A stretch of DNA of 17,524 nucleotides from Candidatus Micrarchaeota archaeon (lineage in GTDB: Archaea; Micrarchaeota; Micrarchaeia; Anstonellales; Bilamarchaeaceae). This document shows positions 5,921 to 13,475 of this stretch, piece after piece; positions within the stretch are counted from its first letter, which is position 1, and each line of letters begins with the position of its first letter. The notes beneath the pieces were generated by a model. It was not told where the DNA came from. It saw nothing but the letters and a program-made list of their open reading frames with translations, and did no database searches. Location: NCBI GenBank assembly GCA_040754495.1, contig JBFMCO010000058.1:1-17524 (forward strand), given 5' to 3'. The translations under genes and the position numbers were made by a program.

Positions 5921-6712
5921 TCACTTCCTTCTTGCCCGGCGCTTCAGCGACTTCTTTCCGGCCGCTCGCGGCCTTGCCGCCTTTCTGGCAGCTTTCCGGG
6001 CCGGCTTTTTGGCAGGCTTCGCCTTAGCCGGCTTTTTTCGGACATGCTTCACCACATGCCTTCTGGGAGCAGGAGCGTGCGCAGCCTGTGAAAGGTGATG
6101 CCCCTCTTCCCTAGCGTGCGAGCGCACTTTGTGGATAAGGGAGCGCACGAGGTGCTCGCCTCCGCCGGCCCCGAATACGTGGCTGTCGGGGCTTTTCGAA
6201 GCGTCGAAGTGCTTGGCTTCCTCGGAAGCCGCGGCCAACGCGGGCTTTCCAAGAGACGGCACGAGCCTGTCCCGCATGTGCATATGTATATCCCGCATGT
6301 ACGTATGGTCGCCGCGGGCCGAGAGCGGGTCGGTAGCACCCAGGCGGGGGGCTGCGGCAGGCTGGAACGAGAGCGAAAGCGCGGGGCGCTGCCCTGAGAG
6401 CGGAAGCGATGCCTTCGGGGTGACCGTGCGGGCAGGCGCTCTCATGTCCGCGACCTTGTGGCCGGCAAGCTCGAGAACCTCCCTCCGCTCGAGCGGGGAG
6501 AGCACCTTGGACGCGTTCAGCATGTCCGGCATCAGGGCCGCGGCTTCGGAACTTCCTCCGTATTCTCCGACGAACTCCTGCATGGCGGTTTTCATGGCGA
6601 GAGGCCCCTTGCCCGAGGCCCACTGGCGCAGCTCCGACCAGGCGTCCCTTGCCGTCTTTCCGTTCCTCACTATCCTGTTGGCCTGTTTCCTCATTTCGTC
6701 AGGGTTGAGCAT
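5921..6712 (-). CDS. hypothetical protein (263 aa) with a His-rich segment and a Lys/Ala/Arg-rich histone-H1-like tail
   Basis: Fills the gap between the regulator and rtcB. The tail reads KKPAKAKPAKKPARKAARKAARPRAAGKKSLKRRARRK. Confidence 0.75.
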   Translation of the reverse strand: MLNPDEMRKQANRIVRNGKTARDAWSELRQWASGKGPLAMKTAMQEFVGEYGGSSEAAALMPDMLNASKVLSPLERREVLELAGHKVADMRAPARTVTPKASLPLSGQRPALSLSFQPAAAPRLGATDPLSARGDHTYMRDIHMHMRDRLVPSLGKPALAAASEEAKHFDASKSPDSHVFGAGGGEHLVRSLIHKVRSHAREEGHHLSQAAHAPAPRRHVVKHVRKKPAKAKPAKKPARKAARKAARPRAAGKKSLKRRARRK

Positions 6713-6781
6713 GAGATGATTTCCCCATTAAGCTTAATTTATGTATCTTTCCTATCTCTTCCGCTAATTCAGGGTGACGTC

Positions 6782-8251
6782 ATGGATTTCAACAGGCAGT
6801 TCAAGAAGCCAGAGTTCAAGAAAATCAGCGATTACATCTGGGAAATCGGCACGGACTTCAAGGAGGGCATGCGCGTTCCTGCGCGCATCTACGCGAGCGA
6901 GGGGATACTCAACCAGATGGACCTCCACGTCTACGACCAGATAACGAACGTTTCCACCCTTCCGGGGATAGTGAAATACGCCTATTGCATGCCTGATGGC
7001 CACAGCGGGTACGGCTTCCCTATAGGCGGCGTCGCCGCTATGGACGTGACGGACGGGGTAATCAGCCCCGGCGGCATCGGGTTCGACATAAACTGCGGCA
7101 TGAGGCTTATTACGACCAGCCTCACGATGAGGGACGTCCAGCCGCACCTGAAGACGCTCGTGGACAAGCTTTTCCAGCGCGTCCCTGCGGGCGTAGGGAG
7201 CAAGGGGTTCGTGAAGCTGGATGCCCAGACGTTCAGGCGCGTAATCGAGGATGGCGGCAAATGGTGCGTGGAGCAGGGATACGGCTGGTCGGACGATTTG
7301 GAGGTCACGGAGCTCGGCGGGCGCGCAGAGGGCGCGGACGAGAAAAAGGTCAGCGACAAGGCGGTGCAGCGGGGAAAGGACCAGATAGGCACGCTCGGGA
7401 GCGGGAACCACTACCTCGAGATACAGCATGTCCGGCCGGAAAACATCATAGACAAGCAGTTGGCCAAAAAGTGGGGCATCTTCGAGGACCAGATAGTCAT
7501 CATGTTCCACTGCGGCTCGCGCGGCTTCGGGCACCAGGTGGCGACCGACCACCTCAACGTCTTCCTCAACGTCATGGAGAGCAAGTACGGAATAAGGATA
7601 CTGGACAGGGAACTCGCCTGCGCCCCTTTCTCCTCGCCTGAGGGCCAGGATTATTTCTCGGCCATGAAGTGCGGGGTGAACATGAGTTTCGCCAACAGGC
7701 AGACAATCCTGCACCGCCTGCGCGAGGTGTTCTCCGAGGTCTTCAGGACGGACGCGGAAAAGCTCGGCATGAAGCAGGTGTATGACGTCGCCCACAACAG
7801 GGCCAGCCTGGAGAAGCACCTCGTAGACGGCTCCTGGAGGGAGGTAATCGTCCACAGGAAAGGCGCGACGGCGGCATACGGGCCTGGAAGCGAGTATCTC
7901 ATGCCGCGCTATCGGGACGACGGCCAGCCGGTGATTATCGGCGGGAGCATGGAGACGGGCTCCTACCTCCTTGCAGGAGCGCCCGGCGGCGCAGAAACAT
8001 TCTACACGACCGCGCACGGGAGCGGCAGGACGATGTCAAGGACAAGGGCCAAAAGCCTCTACCGCGGGGACAGGCTGCAAAAGGACATGGAGCAGCGCGG
8101 CATATACGTCAAGAGCGTTTCCTTTGCCGGCCTTGCCGAAGAAGCAGGAGCCGCTTACAAGGATATAGACGAAGTCATAAACGCGACGCACAACGCTGGC
8201 ATATCGAAGAAGGTCGCGAAGCTGATTCCAATCGGGAACGTGAAGGGTTAG
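6782..8251 (+). CDS. rtcB: RtcB RNA ligase / tRNA-splicing ligase (489 aa)
   Basis: Motifs MPDGHSGYGFPIGG, DINCG, GSGNHYLE, HCGSRG, HN and AHGSGR. The start is reassigned to ATG 6782, after an AGGGTGA Shine-Dalgarno. Confidence 0.98.
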   Translation: MDFNRQFKKPEFKKISDYIWEIGTDFKEGMRVPARIYASEGILNQMDLHVYDQITNVSTLPGIVKYAYCMPDGHSGYGFPIGGVAAMDVTDGVISPGGIGFDINCGMRLITTSLTMRDVQPHLKTLVDKLFQRVPAGVGSKGFVKLDAQTFRRVIEDGGKWCVEQGYGWSDDLEVTELGGRAEGADEKKVSDKAVQRGKDQIGTLGSGNHYLEIQHVRPENIIDKQLAKKWGIFEDQIVIMFHCGSRGFGHQVATDHLNVFLNVMESKYGIRILDRELACAPFSSPEGQDYFSAMKCGVNMSFANRQTILHRLREVFSEVFRTDAEKLGMKQVYDVAHNRASLEKHLVDGSWREVIVHRKGATAAYGPGSEYLMPRYRDDGQPVIIGGSMETGSYLLAGAPGGAETFYTTAHGSGRTMSRTRAKSLYRGDRLQKDMEQRGIYVKSVSFAGLAEEAGAAYKDIDEVINATHNAGISKKVAKLIPIGNVKG

Positions 8252-8281
8252 GTATATTAAGCGTAAATTCGCGGAATGTGC

Positions 8282-9292
8282 ATGCGTCTTGCGATAATCG
8301 CGCTTATCCTGGTTCTTTCAGGGTGCATTCAGCCCCAGCCGGGGGAGAACGAGACCGGGCCGGAGCCTTCGCCCCTCTCGCCGGACGGCGCATACCCGCC
8401 CGAGCCTTCAGCAGGCGCCAGCCCCCCTGCGGAGCCCGCACCTGGGGAGGCTGCGGTAAGGGAATACAAAAACCTTGAATTCGCCTATGAAGGCAGGCCA
8501 ATCCTCCTTGACCTGTACGTCCCGGAAAGCGACAGGCCTGTTCCGCTTGCAATCCTCATACACGGGGGCGGCTGGGCAGCTGGTTCCAAGGAGGAATGCC
8601 CGGGCGGGCAGAAAGCGATAGAGAGGCTCGCATCGGAGGGCATTGCAGTCGCGTGCATCGACTACCGCCTCAGCACAGAGGCGAAATTCCCGGCCCAGAT
8701 TGAGGACGTGAAGTCCGCGATACGCTGGCTGAGGTCAAACTCCGCGGCGTATAATCTGGATAAGGACAGGTTCGGGGCATGGGGGATATCCGCAGGAGCG
8801 CACCTGGCGGCCCTTGCAGGGACATCCGGGGACGAATTCCAGGGCGAGCCGCAGAACGTTTCTACGGAACTCCAGGCAGTAGTAGACTGGTACGGCCCCA
8901 CGGATTTCATGGACAGCGTGGGGATGGGGCCGCCGCCGGACATCCCTGAAAAGAACAGGACGGCTGCCGAAATCGAGCAGGAGGTCATAATCAACGAGGA
9001 ATGGGCCGCGACCTATCTTATAGGGGGGCCGCTTGCCGGGAACGAAGGGAAGGCAAGGCAGGCCGACCCGATTGCGTACGTCACGCCCGACGACCCCCCT
9101 TTCCTCATAATACACGGCACTGCCGACGGCACGGTGCCGGTGAACCAGAGCAGGAAACTCGCGGCAGCCCTTGAAGGGGCCGGCGTGAATGTCACGTATA
9201 TAGAAGTGGAAGGGGCAGGCCACGGATTCCAGCCTGAGACAGAATATTTCGAGAAGACGATGGAATACCTCGCCGGGCAGCTCGGGGGATGA
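8282..9292 (+). CDS. lipoprotein alpha/beta-hydrolase (HSL/BD-FAE-like esterase)
   Basis: LSGC lipobox, HGGGW oxyanion motif, GISAG nucleophile elbow, HGTADGTVP (Asp) and GAGHGF (His). Confidence 0.92.
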   Translation: MRLAIIALILVLSGCIQPQPGENETGPEPSPLSPDGAYPPEPSAGASPPAEPAPGEAAVREYKNLEFAYEGRPILLDLYVPESDRPVPLAILIHGGGWAAGSKEECPGGQKAIERLASEGIAVACIDYRLSTEAKFPAQIEDVKSAIRWLRSNSAAYNLDKDRFGAWGISAGAHLAALAGTSGDEFQGEPQNVSTELQAVVDWYGPTDFMDSVGMGPPPDIPEKNRTAAEIEQEVIINEEWAATYLIGGPLAGNEGKARQADPIAYVTPDDPPFLIIHGTADGTVPVNQSRKLAAALEGAGVNVTYIEVEGAGHGFQPETEYFEKTMEYLAGQLGG

Positions 9293-9378
9293 GCCGCCGG
9301 AAAATGGGGCCGGCCGCCAAGCAGGGGCGGATTATCTCCCGGCACCGCTTTTAAACCGTAGCGTCTCCATAAACACGC

Positions 9379-10254
9379 ATGAGGATTCCTATAACAATCA
9401 TCACCGGCTACCTCGGAGCCGGAAAGACCACCCTGCTCAGGAGGATAGCTGAGGGGGCCGGGATGAAAATCGCAATCCTCATGAACGAGTTCGGCGACAT
9501 AGCGATAGACAGCAAGGTCGTGGAAGGGAAGAACATAAAGATGGCCGAGCTCTCGGGAGGGTGCGTGTGCTGCTCGCTCTCAGGAGAATTCGAGGCTGCG
9601 GTCGCTGAAATACTCGAGAGGGTCGCCCCGGAGTGGATAATCGTAGAGACTACAGGCGTGGCCGAGCCTGCCGCTCTTGCCTACGACGTCGTGGAGAACA
9701 TGGCCGGCGTGCGCCTTGACGCCATAATCACAGTCGTTGACGCGGATTCGATGGTGAGGTTCCCGAGCCTCGGGCACACCGGGCGGGAGCAGATAGAGCT
9801 TGCGGACATGCTTGTCCTGAACAAGACGGACCTGGTGAGCGGCGAGGCGCTCGAATCCCTGCGGGGAAGATTAGGGGAGCTGAACAGCCGCGCCAGCCTC
9901 ATCGAGGCAGTGCAGTGCGAAATCGACCTGAAGGCCATCTTCGGAATCGAGCGGAGCAGGGCGGAGCGCCCGCATAAGACGCACAGCGTGGATTACGATT
10001 ACTTCGATTTCACAGGAGGCAGGCTGGACTACGCATCATTCATGGAATGGGTCGGTTCGCTGCCGGGGAGCGTTTACCGCAGCAAGGGGTTCGTGGTAAC
10101 CGAGAAGGGCTCCTTCCTGTTCAATTACGTGGCCGGAAGATGCACGATAGACGAGTTCAAGGCTGCCCGCACGGAGCTTGTATTCATCGGAAAGAATATA
10201 GAGGCGCACAGGGAAGAGCTGCTTGCCGGGCTGAAAAAATGCGTGGTGGATTAG
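9379..10254 (+). CDS. COG0523/CobW-family G3E P-loop GTPase (putative metallochaperone)
   Basis: GYLGAGKTT, GCVCC, ETTG and NKTD motifs, with a CobW_C-like C-terminus (YRSKG). TTTTAAA lies 23 nt upstream. Confidence 0.95.
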   Translation: MRIPITIITGYLGAGKTTLLRRIAEGAGMKIAILMNEFGDIAIDSKVVEGKNIKMAELSGGCVCCSLSGEFEAAVAEILERVAPEWIIVETTGVAEPAALAYDVVENMAGVRLDAIITVVDADSMVRFPSLGHTGREQIELADMLVLNKTDLVSGEALESLRGRLGELNSRASLIEAVQCEIDLKAIFGIERSRAERPHKTHSVDYDYFDFTGGRLDYASFMEWVGSLPGSVYRSKGFVVTEKGSFLFNYVAGRCTIDEFKAARTELVFIGKNIEAHREELLAGLKKCVVD

Positions 10255-10689
10255 ATGGGGTTCAGGTTCGTGGAAGGAGTCGCATTGGCTGACATCGCTT
10301 TCGAGGCGACAGGCAAGACCATGGAGGAGCTGTTCGAGAGCGCGGGCAATGCGCTGATGAGCATCCAGGTGAAGGACCTCAAGACCGTGAAGGCGAAGGA
10401 GGAAACGGCTTTCGAGATAAAGAGCCCGGACGAGGAGAGGCTCATGCACGATTTCCTCCAGGAATTAATCTTCTACAAGGATGCCAAGCTGATGCTTTTC
10501 AGGGATTACAAGCTCAGGATATTCAGGATGGAAGGGGGCGGATTCAGACTGAAGGCGAGCCTCAAAGGCGAGCAGATAGACCAGACAAAGCATGAGCTTC
10601 TAGTCGATGCAAAGGCCGTGAGCTGGCACATGTTCAAGGTCGAGCGGGGAAAGGACGGCTGGAAGGCCTTCGTGATTGTGGACGTCTAG
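10255..10689 (+). CDS. archease (RtcB cofactor)
   Basis: ADIAFEATGKTMEELFESA, LMHDFLQELIF, KAVSWH and a terminal VIVDV. Its ATG directly follows the GTPase TAG. Confidence 0.93.
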   Translation: MGFRFVEGVALADIAFEATGKTMEELFESAGNALMSIQVKDLKTVKAKEETAFEIKSPDEERLMHDFLQELIFYKDAKLMLFRDYKLRIFRMEGGGFRLKASLKGEQIDQTKHELLVDAKAVSWHMFKVERGKDGWKAFVIVDV

Positions 10690-11582
10690 CGGATTATCGT
10701 CGTTCCGGCGCTTCCGCGGAGAGCCCGGCTGACATTCCCGATGGAGCAGATGACCGCTTTCTTCCCTCCGGCACGGAGGAACCGCAGGGCTGCCCGGACT
10801 TTCGGCCCCATGCTGCCCTCGGCGAATTCGCCCTCCTTGTCCAGCTCCTCCATCTGCGCCGCCCCTGCCTTCCTTATCGGCAGATTACCCTTGTTGAAAT
10901 CGCGGTAGGCGCAATCCACCGAGGTTATGAAAACAAGCGTGTCGGCCCTGACCTCGCATGCAAGAAGCGAGGAAAAATCGTCCTTGTCGATTACCGCCTC
11001 GGCGCCCGCCCCGTCTTTTGTCACCGGAATCCCGCCGCCCCCGCCGCAGATTACTATGAAGCCCGAGCGCATGAGGACGAGTATGGCGTCCTTTTCCATG
11101 ATGCCTTGCGCCTTGGGCGAGGGGACGACGAGCCGGTAGCCGCGGCCGGAGTCCATGACATATGTTTCCGGCCTCCTGTTCCCGGTTCCGGGTTTTGCGG
11201 TTTTGGGTTTTGCGGCGTAGAACGGTCCGACCGGCTTGGTGGGGTGCTTGAACGCCTTGTCATTCTCATCCACTATTACGCGCGTAAGGAGCGCAGCGGA
11301 GTTGCGCGGAAGGGCGCTCTGGATGAAATAGCCGATTTCGCCCTGCGTCATGGCGTCGAGGACGTCAAGCGGCATCTCCGGGACCTCCTTCGTAGCATGC
11401 TGCTGGAGCAAGAGCGAGCCGACCTGGGGGCCGTTTCCGTGCGTGAGGGCGACCTCGTGCCTGGCAAAGACGCGGGAAAGCCTGCGGAGCGCCTCGTTCG
11501 CGGCCTGCCTCTGCTCCTGCGCGGTCCCCCGCGCGCCCTTCGGAAGTAGGGCGTTCCCGCCCAGTGCCACCACGATGCGCAT
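10686..11582 (-). CDS. arcC: carbamate kinase
   Basis: VVALGGNAL, THGNGPQVG, KPVGPFY, GRGYRLVVPSP, GGGGIPV, AVIDKD and GSMGPKV. Confidence 0.97.
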   Translation of the reverse strand: MRIVVALGGNALLPKGARGTAQEQRQAANEALRRLSRVFARHEVALTHGNGPQVGSLLLQQHATKEVPEMPLDVLDAMTQGEIGYFIQSALPRNSAALLTRVIVDENDKAFKHPTKPVGPFYAAKPKTAKPGTGNRRPETYVMDSGRGYRLVVPSPKAQGIMEKDAILVLMRSGFIVICGGGGGIPVTKDGAGAEAVIDKDDFSSLLACEVRADTLVFITSVDCAYRDFNKGNLPIRKAGAAQMEELDKEGEFAEGSMGPKVRAALRFLRAGGKKAVICSIGNVSRALRGSAGTTIIR

Positions 11583-11632
11583 GAGGCGGATTCACAGGAT
11601 TGGAATAAAAAATCCGCTGTCGATATCACACC

Positions 11633-12937
11633 ATGAAAAGACGAGTGCTCATTCTGGGGGCAGCTGGAAGGGATTTCCACAATTTCAACATGTTCTTCAG
11701 GGACAACGACGAATACGAGGTCGTCGGCTTCACTGCGACGCAGATTCCGAACATCTCCAAGAGGACGTATCCGGCAGAGCTTGCCGGGAAGCTTTATCCG
11801 AAGGGCATCCCAATCTACGAGGAGGCGAGGCTGGAGGAGCTTATAGAGAAGCAGGCTGTCGACGAGGTCTATTTCTCCTATTCCGACGTCTCGCACGAGT
11901 TCGTGATGCACCTTGCATCGCGTTCGCAGGCCAGGGGGGCGAGCTTCGTCCTGCTCGGCCCGAGGGAAACCACCTTAGTCAGCAAAAAGAAGGTCATAGC
12001 CGTCACCGCGGTGAGGACCGGGGCGGGCAAGAGCGCCCTGTCGAGGACCATTGCGGCGCTCCTGAAGAAAAGGAAGGTCCGGTTCGTCGTGATAAGGCAC
12101 CCGATGCCGTATGGCGACCTGGCGAAGCAGAAGGTGCAGCGCTTTGCCAGCCTTGGCGACATGGACAAGGCCGAATGCACGATCGAGGAGCGCGAGGAGT
12201 ACGAGCCGCACATAAGGAACGGCGTGGTCGTGTACGCCGGAATCGATTATGGGGAGATACTCAGGCAGGCCGAGAAGGAGGCGGACGTCATACTGTGGGA
12301 CGGGGGCAACAACGACATGCCCTTCATCAGGCCGGATTTGCACTTCGTCGTCGCGGACGCACTGCGGCCCGGCCACGAGATGTGGTATTACCCGGGTGAA
12401 ACGAACTTCAGGATGGCCGATTTCGTAGTCATCAACAAGATAAGCGAGAACCCGACCGACGCCGCCAGGATAATCAAGAACGCGGAGAAGGCCAATCCGA
12501 AGGCCGGCATCATCGAGACCGACATGGAGCTGACCGCCTCGGGGGAGAGGAACATCTTCGGGAAGAAGGTCATCGTGGTCGAGGACGGCCCGACCGTTAC
12601 GCACGGCGGGATGCGGTTCGGGGCAGGGTTCGAGTACGCGGCAAGGTGCGGGGCGGACGTGATTGACCCTAGGCCGTTCGCGGTCGGAAGCATAAAGGAG
12701 ACTTATGCGAAATACGAGCACATGGGCGCGGTCCTCCCCTCGATGGGATATTACGGGAAGCAGGTCGAGGAGCTGGCCGAGACGATAAAGAGGAGCGGGG
12801 CGGAAATCGTGGTGTCCGGCACCCCGATAAACCTCGCCAAGGTAATCAGGATAGACATCCCGATACTCCACGTGAACTACAATATCCGGGAGCGGGATGG
12901 GAGCATCGAGAAGGCGCTTTCGAAGCTCCTGAAATGA
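11633..12937 (+). CDS. arcE: arginine synthetase ArcE-like protein (often annotated cDPG-synthetase-like or predicted GTPase)
   Basis: N-terminal GAAGRDFHNFN, P-loop AVRTGAGKS, RHPMPYG, EEREEYEPH, WDGGNND and VEDGPTVTHGG match the Thermococcales ArcE type as I recall it. It is divergent from arcC. Confidence 0.8.
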   Translation: MKRRVLILGAAGRDFHNFNMFFRDNDEYEVVGFTATQIPNISKRTYPAELAGKLYPKGIPIYEEARLEELIEKQAVDEVYFSYSDVSHEFVMHLASRSQARGASFVLLGPRETTLVSKKKVIAVTAVRTGAGKSALSRTIAALLKKRKVRFVVIRHPMPYGDLAKQKVQRFASLGDMDKAECTIEEREEYEPHIRNGVVVYAGIDYGEILRQAEKEADVILWDGGNNDMPFIRPDLHFVVADALRPGHEMWYYPGETNFRMADFVVINKISENPTDAARIIKNAEKANPKAGIIETDMELTASGERNIFGKKVIVVEDGPTVTHGGMRFGAGFEYAARCGADVIDPRPFAVGSIKETYAKYEHMGAVLPSMGYYGKQVEELAETIKRSGAEIVVSGTPINLAKVIRIDIPILHVNYNIRERDGSIEKALSKLLK

Positions 12938-13423
12938 TTATTTGTTCTCGCCCTTGTACCGGCCTTCGTAAGTCGAAGACGAGTCCTCCGCGAGCCTGAG
13001 GAACACCATCTGCCCTATTTTCGCGTTTTTCTTGAAAGTGATTCCGTGCTCGTTGCGCACGACGAGAAGGGCCTCGCTCCTCCCCTCGTAGCCCGGGTCC
13101 CAGACCGCGCACTCCAAGGTCACGCCGCAGCGCAGGAGCGACGAGCGCGGCAGGCACAGGCCGCCGACGTTCTTCGGGATGCGGACGTATTCGTTGAATA
13201 TCACCTTGTAGGCCCCGGGCGCAAGGCTCACGCGGTCGGACTGGAACGCTATGGGCTCGACGTCGCTTATCTTCCTCTCCTTGTTGTCGAAGTCGATGAG
13301 CCCGGCAGACTTGAAGCGGTAGACCTCTTTCAGCGTTATGTCTATGCCGCAGGGCTGGAACTGGCTGCTGTGCAGGTTCTCGAAGATATTGGCTCCCTCA
13401 AGGTGCTGTTTGGGCAGAAGCAT
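12938..13423 (-). CDS. dut: archaeal-type dUTPase (dCTP deaminase/dUTPase superfamily)
   Basis: QPCGIDITL, PRSSLLRCG, WDPGYEGR, IGQMVF and YEGRYKGE in 161 aa. Confidence 0.85.
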   Translation of the reverse strand: MLLPKQHLEGANIFENLHSSQFQPCGIDITLKEVYRFKSAGLIDFDNKERKISDVEPIAFQSDRVSLAPGAYKVIFNEYVRIPKNVGGLCLPRSSLLRCGVTLECAVWDPGYEGRSEALLVVRNEHGITFKKNAKIGQMVFLRLAEDSSSTYEGRYKGENK

Positions 13424-13475
13424 GGGAGGGAATTCGCCTCAAAAGATTTATAATGTTTCGAATGGTTCGGCAATC

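Noticed and set aside
6727-6738. 12-bp palindrome ATTAAGCTTAAT between the basic-tail gene and rtcB
   Set aside because: AT-rich and promoter-like, so probably part of back-to-back TATA elements. There is no independent support for an operator.
6458-6781. N-terminal extension of RtcB in the track (and similar extensions at 13338-13475 and 15748-15882)
   Set aside because: They overlap opposite-strand genes. Family-typical starts with a Shine-Dalgarno or TATA box lie downstream.
8282-9292. Esterase as part of an RNA-repair operon
   Set aside because: It is an exported lipoprotein with its own AT-rich upstream region and has no plausible link to cytoplasmic RtcB chemistry.
11633-12937. Cyclic 2,3-diphosphoglycerate synthetase call
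   Set aside because: The GAAGRDFHNFN-type N-terminus and linkage to carbamate kinase favour the ArcE subgroup, and no 2-phosphoglycerate kinase gene is adjacent.
12938-13423. dCTP deaminase (dcd) call
   Set aside because: The short length and RSSLLR/WDPGYEGR motifs fit the archaeal dUTPase subgroup better. Only a search or assay can settle it.
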